Source: an uncultured Verrucomicrobiae bacterium (lineage in GTDB: Bacteria; Verrucomicrobiota; Verrucomicrobiia; Chthoniobacterales; Chthoniobacteraceae). Taken from it: 64,000 nt of DNA. Each line of letters opens with the position of its first letter. Position 1 is the first letter of the stretch. Both the position numbers and the translations under genes were made by a program. The stretch covers positions 832,001 through 896,000 of the forward strand of contig CAWIKF010000002.1 in NCBI GenBank assembly GCA_963836755.1. Direction: 5' to 3'. This document shows, piece by piece, positions 40,341 to 49,885 of the stretch. Under the pieces are notes generated by a model, which was given only the letters and a program-made list of their open reading frames with translations, ran no database searches and was not told the origin of the DNA.

Positions 40341-41522
40341 TTAATGACGCGGATTGAAATGCCGCGGCGCTTTGCGGTTGAAATCGAACAGCGATTTTCC
40401 CGTCGGCCAGCGTTCCTTCAAATGAAAAAAGCGGGCGAGCGTCGCGGCGACGTCGGCAAAACCTTCGCGCAATCCCAACGGCCCGACGCGGCCGTCGCTT
40501 TTCGCGATGAGCGGCACTTCCTCGCGCGTGTGATCGGTGCCGCGAAAAGTCGGATCATTGCCATGGTCGGCGGTGATGATAACCAAATCTTCCGGCTCGA
40601 TTTGTGGTAAAAAATTCCCGAGCCATGCGTCGAATTCGACGAGCGCTTTTGCGTAGCCTTCAACGTCCCGTCGATGGCCGTAAAGTGCGTCAAAGTCAAC
40701 AAGGTTCGCGAAGATCAAGCCTTGATGCGTGCTGTGCCAGAGCCGCTCGATCGTTTTCATTCCTTCGGCGTTGGACTTTGTCGGGTGCGAATGCGTGACG
40801 CCGCTGTGCGCGAAAATATCACCGATTTTGCCAACGCCCTCAACCGCGATGCCGACCTCGGAAATCGCGTTGAGCACTGTGCGCGGCGGGACCATCGCGT
40901 AATCGTGCCGCCCATCGACGCGCTTAAATTTTCCTTTTTCGCCGGCAAAGGGTCGTGCGATGACGCGGCCGATGCGGTGCGGGATGCTGAGCCGGCGCGC
41001 GACGCGGCAGATTTCGTAGAGCCGTTTGCGCGGGATCACATCTTCATGCGCGGCGATTTGCAGGACGGAATCTGCGGACGTGTAAAGGATCGGCTGCCCT
41101 GTTTTACAATGCGTAACGCCCAGTTCATCGAGGATGAGCGTGCCGCTCTGCGCGTAGTTGCCGATGAATTCCACTTTCGCTTCCTGCTCGATCGCTTCCA
41201 CGAGCTGCTTTGGGAATTTTTCAAAAACGGCGAACGGATCGTCGAGAATCGCGCCGGCGATTTCCCAGTGGCCGGTCGTCGTGTCCTTGCCCGCCGAGTG
41301 TTCGCGCATGCGCCCGTAGCTCGCGTCGAATTTTTTTCCGTCGCCGTCAAAGTTCCCGCCGAGGATTTCGCCGAGACCGAGCGAAAAAAGTGTCGGCAGC
41401 GCGAGCGCCGGCAGACGCGCGAAGATGTGACCGAGCGTGTCAGCGCCGCGATCGCCATATTTCGCAGCATCGGGCGCATTCCCGACGCCGACGGAATCGA
41501 GAACGAGCAGCAGCGCGCGCAT
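40341..41522 (-). CDS. deoB: Phosphopentomutase
   Basis: VLDSVGVG, GKDTTTGHWE, YTSADSV, NLVDFD..YGHRRD, TADHGNDP, DHTRE. Confidence 0.95.
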   Translation of the reverse strand: MRALLLVLDSVGVGNAPDAAKYGDRGADTLGHIFARLPALALPTLFSLGLGEILGGNFDGDGKKFDASYGRMREHSAGKDTTTGHWEIAGAILDDPFAVFEKFPKQLVEAIEQEAKVEFIGNYAQSGTLILDELGVTHCKTGQPILYTSADSVLQIAAHEDVIPRKRLYEICRVARRLSIPHRIGRVIARPFAGEKGKFKRVDGRHDYAMVPPRTVLNAISEVGIAVEGVGKIGDIFAHSGVTHSHPTKSNAEGMKTIERLWHSTHQGLIFANLVDFDALYGHRRDVEGYAKALVEFDAWLGNFLPQIEPEDLVIITADHGNDPTFRGTDHTREEVPLIAKSDGRVGPLGLREGFADVAATLARFFHLKERWPTGKSLFDFNRKAPRHFNPRH

Positions 41523-42407
41523 TTACAGCCCGATCGGATGCCAGGCCGTTTTGAATTCGGCGGTGTCGAGAATCCAATACGGATTTTCGGCCTCTTCGGT
41601 GAACCAATCGCGCGCGGCGAGGTCGCGCTGTGCGTAGCGTTTGAGGTTGATCGCGAGACCGGCTTGGAGCTGGCGCGAAATTTCCGCATCTCCGCCGCCA
41701 TCGACGATTGCGTTCACATCCATGTGGCTCGCGAAATGCGGCGCAAGCTCCGCGCGCGTGCCGGTCAAAATATTGACGACGCCGCCCGGGAGGTCGCTCG
41801 TGGCAAGGATCTCCGCGAAAGTGATCGACGGCAGTGGCATCGTTTCCGATGCGAGAACAATGACGGCATTGCCGCTCAAAATCGCCGGCGCGATCAGCGA
41901 AACGAGCGGCAGCAATGCGGGCGCGTCCGGAGAAATTGCGACGACGACGCCGGTCGGCTCGGGAGTCGTGAAATTAAAATGCGAGCTCGCGACCGGATTC
42001 ACCGCGCTGAAAAGCTGCGAAAATTTGTCGGTCCAACCCGCGTAGTGAACGAGGCGATCGACGGTTTGCTGGACCTCGCGCGCTGCGTCGACGCCACGGC
42101 CGGCGCGGCGTAATTCCTCGATGATTTCCGGCGCGCGATTTTCGAGCATCTCTGCCGCGCGATACAAAATCTGGCCGCGCAAATACGCGCTCGTTTTTGC
42201 CCAGCCCGGCTGCGCCTTCCGCGCGGCGACGACGGCGTCGCGAAAATCTTTTCGCGAGGCATGGCAGTAATTTGCGAGCGCCGTCGCGCCGTCTGCCGCG
42301 CGCGCGGTGAGGTAACGTCCGCTTTCGGTGCGCGGAAATTTGCCCCCGATATAAAGTTTGTAAGTCTTTAAAACCGCGAGGCGCTGTGATTTAACAGGCA
42401 TCGGCAT
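41523..42407 (-). CDS. Short aldehyde dehydrogenase family protein (no catalytic domain)
   Basis: KTYKLYIGGKFPRTESGR, EPTGVV, DLPGGVVNILTG, ends EFKTAWHPIG. 294 aa, with no ELGG motif or catalytic Cys region. Confidence 0.85.
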   Translation of the reverse strand: MPMPVKSQRLAVLKTYKLYIGGKFPRTESGRYLTARAADGATALANYCHASRKDFRDAVVAARKAQPGWAKTSAYLRGQILYRAAEMLENRAPEIIEELRRAGRGVDAAREVQQTVDRLVHYAGWTDKFSQLFSAVNPVASSHFNFTTPEPTGVVVAISPDAPALLPLVSLIAPAILSGNAVIVLASETMPLPSITFAEILATSDLPGGVVNILTGTRAELAPHFASHMDVNAIVDGGGDAEISRQLQAGLAINLKRYAQRDLAARDWFTEEAENPYWILDTAEFKTAWHPIGL

Positions 42408-42501
42408 TTTTTAATGGCTGCGGCAGCTTTTGGCAATGGCTGCGACGAAACGCCGCTCCTGCACGGCAAAAACGAGCCGGGCGCGCGAATACAAACTTGA
42501 G

Positions 42502-44157
42502 TTGAGCGAAAACATTTCACCCGCATCCGCGGTTCGCATCTTGATCGTCGAGGATAACGTCGCCGATGTGCGGCTTCTCACGGAGATGCTCTCCGAGGCG
42601 CAGACGCCGTTCGCGATCGAGCAGGTGTCGCGGCTCGCGCTCGCGCTGGACCGGCTGGCGCAGGGCGGCATCAATCTGGTTTTGACCGACCTGACGCTTC
42701 CTGACAGCCACGGATTGGAAACTTTTCGCCGCCTTCATTTTCACGCGCCGACGGTGCCAGTGATCGTCCTCAGCGGTCTCGATGACGAAGCGCTGGCCGT
42801 GGACACGGTCGAGCTCGGGGCGCAGGATTATCTCGTAAAAGGACGTGTCGATGCGCGGCTGCTGGTGCGCGCGATTCGCTACGCGCTCAAGCGAATCGAG
42901 TCGGAAAAGGAATTGGCCGAGGAGCGAAATCTTCTGCGCAACGTCATCAACAATTTGCTCGACGCGATTTATGTGAAAGATCTGCGCGGCTGCTATCGGC
43001 TCGACAACATCGCGCATCAAATGTCGCTTGGCGTCTCGAGCATGGAGGAAGTGGTCGGCAAGACCGTGTTCGATTTTTTTCCGCACGAAGCGGCCGTGCA
43101 TTTTCAAGCGGACGACAATCTCGTCATTCGCACCGGCAAATCGATCGTCAATCGCCACGAATCCGTCATCGATGAAAACGGAAACAAAACATGGCTGGCC
43201 ACGACGAAAGTGCCGTTGCGCAACCGCGACGGCGAGATCGTCGGGCTCGTCGGCATCGGTCGCGACATCACGGAACGGAAGCGTTCCGAGGAGCAGCTCG
43301 CCCATTATAATGAGCAGTTGCGCTCGAAAAATTTGCAGCTCGAGGATGACCTCGACATGGCGAGCGAAATCCAGCAGGCGTTTTTGCCGCAGCAGTTTCC
43401 GTCGTTCCCGCGCAGCGCTGATGCGGATCAAAGTGCGCTGCAGTTTTTTTCAAAATATTTGCCGACGGGCGCGGTCGGCGGCGATTTTTTTCACGTGCTG
43501 CCGATCTCCGATACGAAGGCCGGCGTGTTCATCTGCGACGTGATGGGCCACGGCGTCCGCGCGGCGCTGGTCACGGCGATTCAGCGCGCGCTGGTCGAGG
43601 AATTGTCGGACGTGGCGGAAGATCCGGGCGAATTTTTGACGCGCATCAATGCGGCGCTCATTTCGATTTTGCGCCGCACGCGCACCCCGATGTTTGCGTC
43701 GGCATTTTATTTGTTCATCGATGTTGGAACGGGCGAGTTGCGCTTTGCAAATGCGGGCCATCCGAAGCCACTGCATGTCCGCCGCGATGAAGACAAAGTG
43801 GTGCCGCTTGCCGCGGAAAAAGTGCGGCCAGGCTCAGCGCTCGGCGTCTTTGCGAATGCGACTTACGAGACGTTGTCCGCGCAAGCCGCGCCGCGCGATC
43901 TCGTGCTGCTTTTTACCGACGGACTTTACGAAGTCGAAAGTGCAGAGGGCGAATATCTCGACCAGCCGCAGCTGCTTGAAATGGTGGAGCGGCGTTTGTC
44001 ACAGCCGACGGGGAAAATTTTCGACGGCCTCATCGAGGATGTGCAGCAACTTTCCGGCGCGCGAGGCTTTCTCGACGATGTATGCCTCGTCGGCGTCGAA
44101 ATCACGCGCTTGATTTCTGCAGCTACGGTGAAAACCTCTGATTCCGTGCAAGATTGA
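42502..44157 (+). CDS. REC-PAS-PP2C (SpoIIE/RsbU-type) phosphatase
   Basis: REC (ILIVEDN…GAQDYLVK), PAS (IYVKD…TTKVPLRN…GRDITERK), PP2C (VGGDFF, CDVMGHG, NAGHP, FTDGL, DD). Confidence 0.9.
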   Translation: MSENISPASAVRILIVEDNVADVRLLTEMLSEAQTPFAIEQVSRLALALDRLAQGGINLVLTDLTLPDSHGLETFRRLHFHAPTVPVIVLSGLDDEALAVDTVELGAQDYLVKGRVDARLLVRAIRYALKRIESEKELAEERNLLRNVINNLLDAIYVKDLRGCYRLDNIAHQMSLGVSSMEEVVGKTVFDFFPHEAAVHFQADDNLVIRTGKSIVNRHESVIDENGNKTWLATTKVPLRNRDGEIVGLVGIGRDITERKRSEEQLAHYNEQLRSKNLQLEDDLDMASEIQQAFLPQQFPSFPRSADADQSALQFFSKYLPTGAVGGDFFHVLPISDTKAGVFICDVMGHGVRAALVTAIQRALVEELSDVAEDPGEFLTRINAALISILRRTRTPMFASAFYLFIDVGTGELRFANAGHPKPLHVRRDEDKVVPLAAEKVRPGSALGVFANATYETLSAQAAPRDLVLLFTDGLYEVESAEGEYLDQPQLLEMVERRLSQPTGKIFDGLIEDVQQLSGARGFLDDVCLVGVEITRLISAATVKTSDSVQD

Positions 44158-44167
44158 CCCAAGCAAT

Positions 44168-44611
44168 ATGAATTTCGAACGCTCGCGACCGGTGGAAATT
44201 TTAGTGGTGGAAGATAATGCCGGCGATGTCGGGCTTGTTACCGAGGCTTTCGCTTCGTCGCGGATCAAAAATCGTATCACCGCTGTGGCCGACGGCGAGC
44301 AGGCGCTGGAATATTTACACGGCCGCGGAAATTATGCGGGCGTTGCGCGGCCGGATTTGATTTTGCTCGATCTCGCGATGCCGGGCATCAGCGGTCATGA
44401 AGTGCTCGCGGAGATAAAGTCGGACGCAAAGCTCCGCCGCATTCCGGTTATCGTTTGGACAAATTCCAAAACGAGTGAGGACATCGGCCACGCGTATGAT
44501 TTGAAGGTGAATTCCTACATCACGAAACCGGCGGATCATGATCAGCTCATGGAAATGGTGCGCGGCATCGAGGAGTTTTGGATGACGGTGGTGAGGCTCC
44601 CACGGGAATAG
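44168..44611 (+). CDS. Single-domain response regulator (Rcp1-like)
   Basis: ILVVEDNAGD, RPDLILLDLAMP, IPVIVWT, NSYITKP, IEEFW. Confidence 0.9.
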   Translation: MNFERSRPVEILVVEDNAGDVGLVTEAFASSRIKNRITAVADGEQALEYLHGRGNYAGVARPDLILLDLAMPGISGHEVLAEIKSDAKLRRIPVIVWTNSKTSEDIGHAYDLKVNSYITKPADHDQLMEMVRGIEEFWMTVVRLPRE

Positions 44612-44616
44612 CGGTG

Positions 44617-46311
44617 ATGGATCAGAACGCGATTCACGTCTTGCTCGTCGAGGATAACGAGGAGCACGTGCGCCTTTTGCAGCACATGCTTTTCAGCGCG
44701 GAGGACGCTGCTTTCAAAGTGACGCGCGCCGCCACGATCCGCGAGGCGATCGAGCTTGCAGCGGAGCTCGGGCCGCAGCTCGTGCTGCTCGACCTCACGC
44801 TGCCCGATAGCGATGGCTCTGACACTTTCGCGCAAATGCAAAGCGCCGTTCCGGACACGCCGATCCTGGTGCTGAGCGGAATCGACGACGAAGCGCTCGC
44901 GATCGAAACCGTGCAACGCGGCGCGCAGGATTATCTCGTAAAAGGCCACGTCGACAATCGCTCACTCATCCGCGCGATGCGTTACGCGCTTGAGCGAAAA
45001 CGCTCGCAGCAAGAGTTGCGGCGCGCGCACGGCGAGCTCGAGCGGCGCGTCCATGAGCGCACCGCGGAACTCACCGCGGCCAACACTCTTTTAAACAACG
45101 AAATCGTCGAGCGCCGGCGGGCCGAGGAGGCGTTGCGCGAGAGCAATCGCCAGCTCGCGGAGGCAATGGGGAAACTGCGCGAGCAGCAGGAACACGCAAT
45201 CCAGCGCGAGCGTCTTCACGCGCTGGGCCGCATGGCCAGTGGCATCGCGCATGATTTCAACAACGCGCTCGCGCCGATCCTCGGCTTTAGCGAATTGCTT
45301 TTGATGCGGCCGGATGCGCTGCGAGATGTCGAGAAAACGAAAAACTATCTCGAGATGATCCACAGCGCCGCGGAAGAAAGCGCGAAGGTTGTCGGCCGAC
45401 TTCGCGAATTTTACCGCTACCGCGAAGAAGCCGAAATCTTCGCGCCGGTTTCGCTCAATGATTTGATCAATCAGGTGATTTCGCTGACGCAGCCGAGATG
45501 GCGCGACCAGGCGCTTGCGGCCGGCATCAACATCCGCGTCAAAACTGATCTGCAAAACATTCCCACGGTTTTCGGCAACGAAGCCGACCTGCGGGAAATG
45601 CTCACGAACATTCTTTTCAATTCCGTCGATGCAATCGCCCGCAGCGGCACCATCACGTTTCGAACTTTTGCGCGCGGGACGTCTGCGATTTTACAGATCA
45701 TCGACACCGGCGCCGGCATGAGCGACGACGTGCGCGCGCGCTGCCTCGAACCTTTTTTTTCCACCAAAGAAGAGCACGGCACCGGGCTCGGCCTCGGCAT
45801 TGTCTACGGAATCATTCGCCGGCATGACGGCAAAATCGAGATCGAGAGCGCGCTCGGCCGCGGGACCACCGTCAGCATCTCACTGCCGCTTTACACCGAG
45901 CCGGAAGCGCCCGAGCGAATCCGTGCCGAGGCGACGACAACTTCGCTGCGCATCCTCGTTGTCGAGGATGAACCGCTCGTGCGTGAGGTCATCGGCGTTT
46001 ATTTGATCGAAGATAATCACTTCGTCGAAACCGCGGTGAACGGGCGTGAAGGATTGGAGAAATTTCGCGCGGGCAACTTTGATCTCGTCCTCACCGATCG
46101 CGCGATGCCCGAAATGAACGGCGATGCGCTGGCTGTGGAAATTAAAAAAATCGCGCCGCAAATTCCTGTGATTTTGCTTACCGGTTTTGGTGATTTGATG
46201 AGCGGCGCCGCCGAGCGCCCGGCGGGCATCGATCTCGTAGTCAGCAAACCTTTCACGCTCAATGTGCTGCGAGACGCGATCACGCGCGGTCTGCACCGCA
46301 CTGTTAAATAA
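44617..46311 (+). CDS. Hybrid histidine kinase REC-HisKA-HATPase-REC
   Basis: H-box GIAHDFNNAL, N-box, DTGAGM, EPFFSTK, GTGLGL; REC domains at both ends; no TM or sensor domain. Confidence 0.92.
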   Translation: MDQNAIHVLLVEDNEEHVRLLQHMLFSAEDAAFKVTRAATIREAIELAAELGPQLVLLDLTLPDSDGSDTFAQMQSAVPDTPILVLSGIDDEALAIETVQRGAQDYLVKGHVDNRSLIRAMRYALERKRSQQELRRAHGELERRVHERTAELTAANTLLNNEIVERRRAEEALRESNRQLAEAMGKLREQQEHAIQRERLHALGRMASGIAHDFNNALAPILGFSELLLMRPDALRDVEKTKNYLEMIHSAAEESAKVVGRLREFYRYREEAEIFAPVSLNDLINQVISLTQPRWRDQALAAGINIRVKTDLQNIPTVFGNEADLREMLTNILFNSVDAIARSGTITFRTFARGTSAILQIIDTGAGMSDDVRARCLEPFFSTKEEHGTGLGLGIVYGIIRRHDGKIEIESALGRGTTVSISLPLYTEPEAPERIRAEATTTSLRILVVEDEPLVREVIGVYLIEDNHFVETAVNGREGLEKFRAGNFDLVLTDRAMPEMNGDALAVEIKKIAPQIPVILLTGFGDLMSGAAERPAGIDLVVSKPFTLNVLRDAITRGLHRTVK

Positions 46312-46341
46312 CCGTTTTTAGCGTCGCCGGGTCACTCGCGC

Positions 46342-47628
46342 TCAACTCGCGACCGTCGCACTTTTCTCACCAAAGACTGCGAGCTTGCTTTGCAACGCAG
46401 GCGGCACATGCGCCCGAACGTTTACGAAATCGCCGTCGTAGCGAAGTTCGAGCACGTGCCCCACGCGATGAATCTCCGCGATCAATCCCGATTCGCGCGC
46501 CGGAATGCAATAGCTGACGCTGAGTCGCCAGGCGCTCAGCTGGTGCTCCAGCTCCTCCAGAAAAACGTCGATTCCTTCGCCCGTGGCCGCGGCGATTGCA
46601 ACGCTGTCCGGCACTTTGCGCAGCTGCGCCACGACGGCGTCGCGATTTGGAAGCGCATCCACTTTGTTAAATACGGTTAAAGTTTGTTTGCCATGCGCGT
46701 CGAGCTCTCGGACGACCGCATTCACCGCCGCGATTTGCTCCTCGAAACGCGCGTGGCTCAAGTCCACCACATGAATCAGCAGGTCGGCCTCGCGCACCTC
46801 TTCGAGCGTCGCCTTGAATGATTCGATGACGGTGTGGGGCAGCTTGCGAATGAAACCGACGGTGTCGGTGAGCAGCACTTTTTGCTTGTTCGGCAGCACG
46901 AGCTGTCGCGTGGTCGGATCAAGCGTGGCAAAAAGTTTGTCCTCCACCACCACGTCCGCGCCGGTCAGCCGATTCAGCAGCGTCGATTTTCCCGCATTGG
47001 TGTAGCCGACCAGCGCCGCGACGGGCCAATGATGCCGCCGTCGGCCTTCGCGCTGGATCGAGCGATGTTTGCGGACTTCGGTGAGGTCGCGCTCGAGCCG
47101 CGCGATGCGCTCCTGCACGCGCCGCCGATCCACTTCCAGCTGCGTCTCGCCGGGGCCGCGTGTGCCGATGCCACCGGTCTGCCGCGAAAGGTGATTCCAC
47201 ATGCGCGTAAGCCGCGGCAGCAAATATTGCAATTGCGCGAGCTCGATCTGCAGCCGCCCTTCGCGGCTGCGCGCGCGCTGTGCGAAAATGTCGAGAATGA
47301 GCTGCGTGCGATCCAGGATTTTTCGCGACGTTAGATTTTCCAGATTCCGTCCCTGCGCCGGCGAAAGTTCATCGTCAAAAATCACTGACGTCACATCGTC
47401 CCGCCGACATTGCTCCGCGACCTGCTCGGCTTTTCCTTTGCCAATGTAAAACGGCGCCGTCGGCTGCTCCAGCCGCTGCGTGATTTGCCCGACCACTTCC
47501 GCGCCGGCCGTAAACGCCAGCTCCGCCAGCTCGTCGAGCGATTCCTTTAGGTCCCATTTACTCACGCCGTCGCGCTCGAGCCCGATCAGGAGCGCCTTCT
47601 CCTTCCGCTGCGGATGCGTGTCAAACAT
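46342..47628 (-). CDS. hflX: GTPase HflX
   Basis: LILDIFAQRA, GTRGPGETQLEVDRR, VGYTNAGKSTL, LFATLDPT, DTVGFI. Confidence 0.96.
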   Translation of the reverse strand: MFDTHPQRKEKALLIGLERDGVSKWDLKESLDELAELAFTAGAEVVGQITQRLEQPTAPFYIGKGKAEQVAEQCRRDDVTSVIFDDELSPAQGRNLENLTSRKILDRTQLILDIFAQRARSREGRLQIELAQLQYLLPRLTRMWNHLSRQTGGIGTRGPGETQLEVDRRRVQERIARLERDLTEVRKHRSIQREGRRRHHWPVAALVGYTNAGKSTLLNRLTGADVVVEDKLFATLDPTTRQLVLPNKQKVLLTDTVGFIRKLPHTVIESFKATLEEVREADLLIHVVDLSHARFEEQIAAVNAVVRELDAHGKQTLTVFNKVDALPNRDAVVAQLRKVPDSVAIAAATGEGIDVFLEELEHQLSAWRLSVSYCIPARESGLIAEIHRVGHVLELRYDGDFVNVRAHVPPALQSKLAVFGEKSATVAS

Positions 47629-48526
47629 CGGCCAGCGCTGGGCGCGCGCGCACCCTGCGCACGATGGCTTCGATCGCGGATTCGGGGGAGAGCGTGGACA
47701 AATTCAGCGGCTCGAACATGGACTCGCGACGGAACCAGGTCAATTGGCGTTTCGCGTAGCGCCGCGTCGCCTGCGCGATTTCTGCGATCGCCTCGGCTTC
47801 CGAAATCTCGCTGCGCAAACAAGCTCGCGCCTCGCGCAAACCCAGAACCTGTGCGGCTGTGACGCCGATTTCGTGGATGCCGGTTACTTCGTTGAGTAAA
47901 CCATTCTCAAACATCTGTTGAACGCGCGTTTCGATCCGCTGGTTCAAATCATCGCGCTCGCGCTTAAGAAAAAATCCAACAGACGGCGCGGGACTTTGAT
48001 TCCATTCCTTGCGAAACGAGGAAGAGGGCTTTCCGGTCAGCAGACAAATTTCGAGCGCGCGCACGAGACGCCGTTTGTTTTTCAAATCGATCAAGTTTGC
48101 GCCGTTCGGATCCAGCGCCGCGTAACGCATTTGTAAATCTGTCAGCGACTGATCTTCCAGTTCAGCCCGCACCCGCGCGTCCGCTCGTGGCAAATCCGAA
48201 AGCCCGTGCGTGAGAGCGCGCACGTAAAGTCCCGTGCCGCCGACGACCAGCACATGGCGACCGCGTGCAGCGATTTCCGCCGCGTGCAATTTTGCCTGCG
48301 CCGCAAACTGCGCCACATCGAAGCTCCGCGTGATCGGAATGTCGCCGATCAAGTGGTGGCGCGCCTTTTCGAGCGTTCGCCGGTTCGGCTTTGCCGTCAA
48401 AATTTCAAGCCCCGCATAAACTTGAAACGCGTCGGCGCCAATAATCTCCGCGTCGATCCGCGACGCGACCTCGGCGGCGATCTCGGATTTTCCCACGGCA
48501 GTCGGCCCGACGATGAAAAGCATCAT
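47621..48526 (-). CDS. miaA: tRNA dimethylallyltransferase
   Basis: GPTAVGKS, ADAFQVY, VGGTGLY, TRRYAKRQLTWFR. Confidence 0.95.
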   Translation of the reverse strand: MMLFIVGPTAVGKSEIAAEVASRIDAEIIGADAFQVYAGLEILTAKPNRRTLEKARHHLIGDIPITRSFDVAQFAAQAKLHAAEIAARGRHVLVVGGTGLYVRALTHGLSDLPRADARVRAELEDQSLTDLQMRYAALDPNGANLIDLKNKRRLVRALEICLLTGKPSSSFRKEWNQSPAPSVGFFLKRERDDLNQRIETRVQQMFENGLLNEVTGIHEIGVTAAQVLGLREARACLRSEISEAEAIAEIAQATRRYAKRQLTWFRRESMFEPLNLSTLSPESAIEAIVRRVRARPALADV

Positions 48527-48621
48527 GCACGATTCTCCGACATCCATTCGTCGGCGGCAAAGTTCCAGATGGAATTTGCCGATTGGCAACTTTTCCGCCG
48601 CATTCTAACCTCGCAGTGATT

Positions 48622-48822
48622 ATGAAATTCCTGAGTTTGTTTTTGCTCTCCGCCTGCGCGTTTCTCGGTGCCGCTTGCGAGCAGCACCGTCCCGCCGAGC
48701 TGGAGCAAATCGCGGAACGACCGGAGCCGGGTGAAAACGTAAAAGAGGGAAATGCGAAAACGGCGGATCGTTCCGTGAAGAGCCAGCCAGACGCATCGGC
48801 GCCAAAATATTTCCAGCGTTAG
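48622..48822 (+). CDS. Small putative lipoprotein
   Basis: MKFLSLFLLSACAFLGAAC signal/lipobox with a hydrophilic tail. Confidence 0.6.
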   Translation: MKFLSLFLLSACAFLGAACEQHRPAELEQIAERPEPGENVKEGNAKTADRSVKSQPDASAPKYFQR

Positions 48823-49880
48823 CACACCGCTTCTCCCATCACTTTTGCGGTCAAAAAGCGCAGCGCAGGCGGATGCCACCGCAGCACATCGAGCGCGAAA
48901 CTGCCGAGCCGCGGTTCGAGCACCGCGCATCGCGCGACTCGATTGACCCACAATCTTCCCCGGTAAAGTTGCGCATGTTCCATCGCATAAACTTGCGCGG
49001 CTGATTCCGCGCGAAGGTGCTTTGCAGCAAGCTCCCCGGACGCCATCGCGTAATAAATTCCCTCGCCGGTGAATGGCTCCACCACGCGCGCCGCGTCGCC
49101 GATTACGAGTAAGTTTTGACTCCATGGCGCGATTGCAGCGCGCGACAGCGGAGCGATCGTGCGCCATGCGTGCCGCGCCGGAATGGAAAAAGATTTCTCC
49201 GCGAAAGCCTTCAACGCCGCGATTTCACGCGGGCGGCTCACGAGGCAAAGATTGAGCCGCCCGTTTCCAACGCTCGCGATGCCGCAATAGCCTTCGGGCA
49301 GAAATCGCAGCACGACGCGTTCGCCAAAATCGTCCGGCGCTGCAATGTGCGTTTGCAATGCGACGCGATCCGTGAGCGATGGCGGCATCAAGCCGAGAAG
49401 GCGCATCGCGGTTGAGTTTCGACCGTCGGCGGCGACGAGCGAGCGGCATTCAAAAAACCGATCGCTGGTGTGAATTTTCCAGCCGCGTTCGATCGAAGTC
49501 ACCGCGGCGCTTTGCAAAAATTCTACGCCACATTCGACGGCGCGCTCGCGCAGCAACTCGTCAAACAACGCACGCGGGATGGCGATTTCGCCGCGCGAGG
49601 ATTTCGTCAGCGGAAATTTGATCGAGCGTCCGCGAAGGCCGATGAATTCGACTTCCTCGAGCTTTGAATGCGGGAGCGACAGCAGGCGCTCGGCGATTTC
49701 GAGACGTTCTAAGATCGGCCAGCAGCTTGGATTGATGCAATCGCCGCAAACTTTGTCGCGCGGAAATGAAGCCTTCTCGAGCACGAGTGTTTTGAAACCG
49801 AGCTGCGCACAAAATGCCGCGCAAGTCGCGCCAGCCGGTCCGCCGCCGACGATGATGACGTCGTAAAAATCGCGCGGCAC
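48819..49880 (-). CDS. FAD-dependent oxidoreductase (geranylgeranyl reductase-like)
   Basis: IVGGGPAG, FPRDKVCG, AADGRNS, IGDAA..VEPFTGEGI..A. Confidence 0.88.
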   Translation of the reverse strand: MPRDFYDVIIVGGGPAGATCAAFCAQLGFKTLVLEKASFPRDKVCGDCINPSCWPILERLEIAERLLSLPHSKLEEVEFIGLRGRSIKFPLTKSSRGEIAIPRALFDELLRERAVECGVEFLQSAAVTSIERGWKIHTSDRFFECRSLVAADGRNSTAMRLLGLMPPSLTDRVALQTHIAAPDDFGERVVLRFLPEGYCGIASVGNGRLNLCLVSRPREIAALKAFAEKSFSIPARHAWRTIAPLSRAAIAPWSQNLLVIGDAARVVEPFTGEGIYYAMASGELAAKHLRAESAAQVYAMEHAQLYRGRLWVNRVARCAVLEPRLGSFALDVLRWHPPALRFLTAKVMGEAVC

Positions 49881-49885
49881 AGAGT

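Noticed and set aside
40674..42113. Long antisense ORFs (here and at 2711..3799, 14150..15253, 21794..22849, 51254..52405, 60773..61897)
   Set aside because: They are shadows of recognised genes, as expected in high-GC DNA.
47621..47640. Missing hfq between miaA and hflX as a novelty
   Set aside because: The genes overlap directly, and hfq is absent from many phyla.
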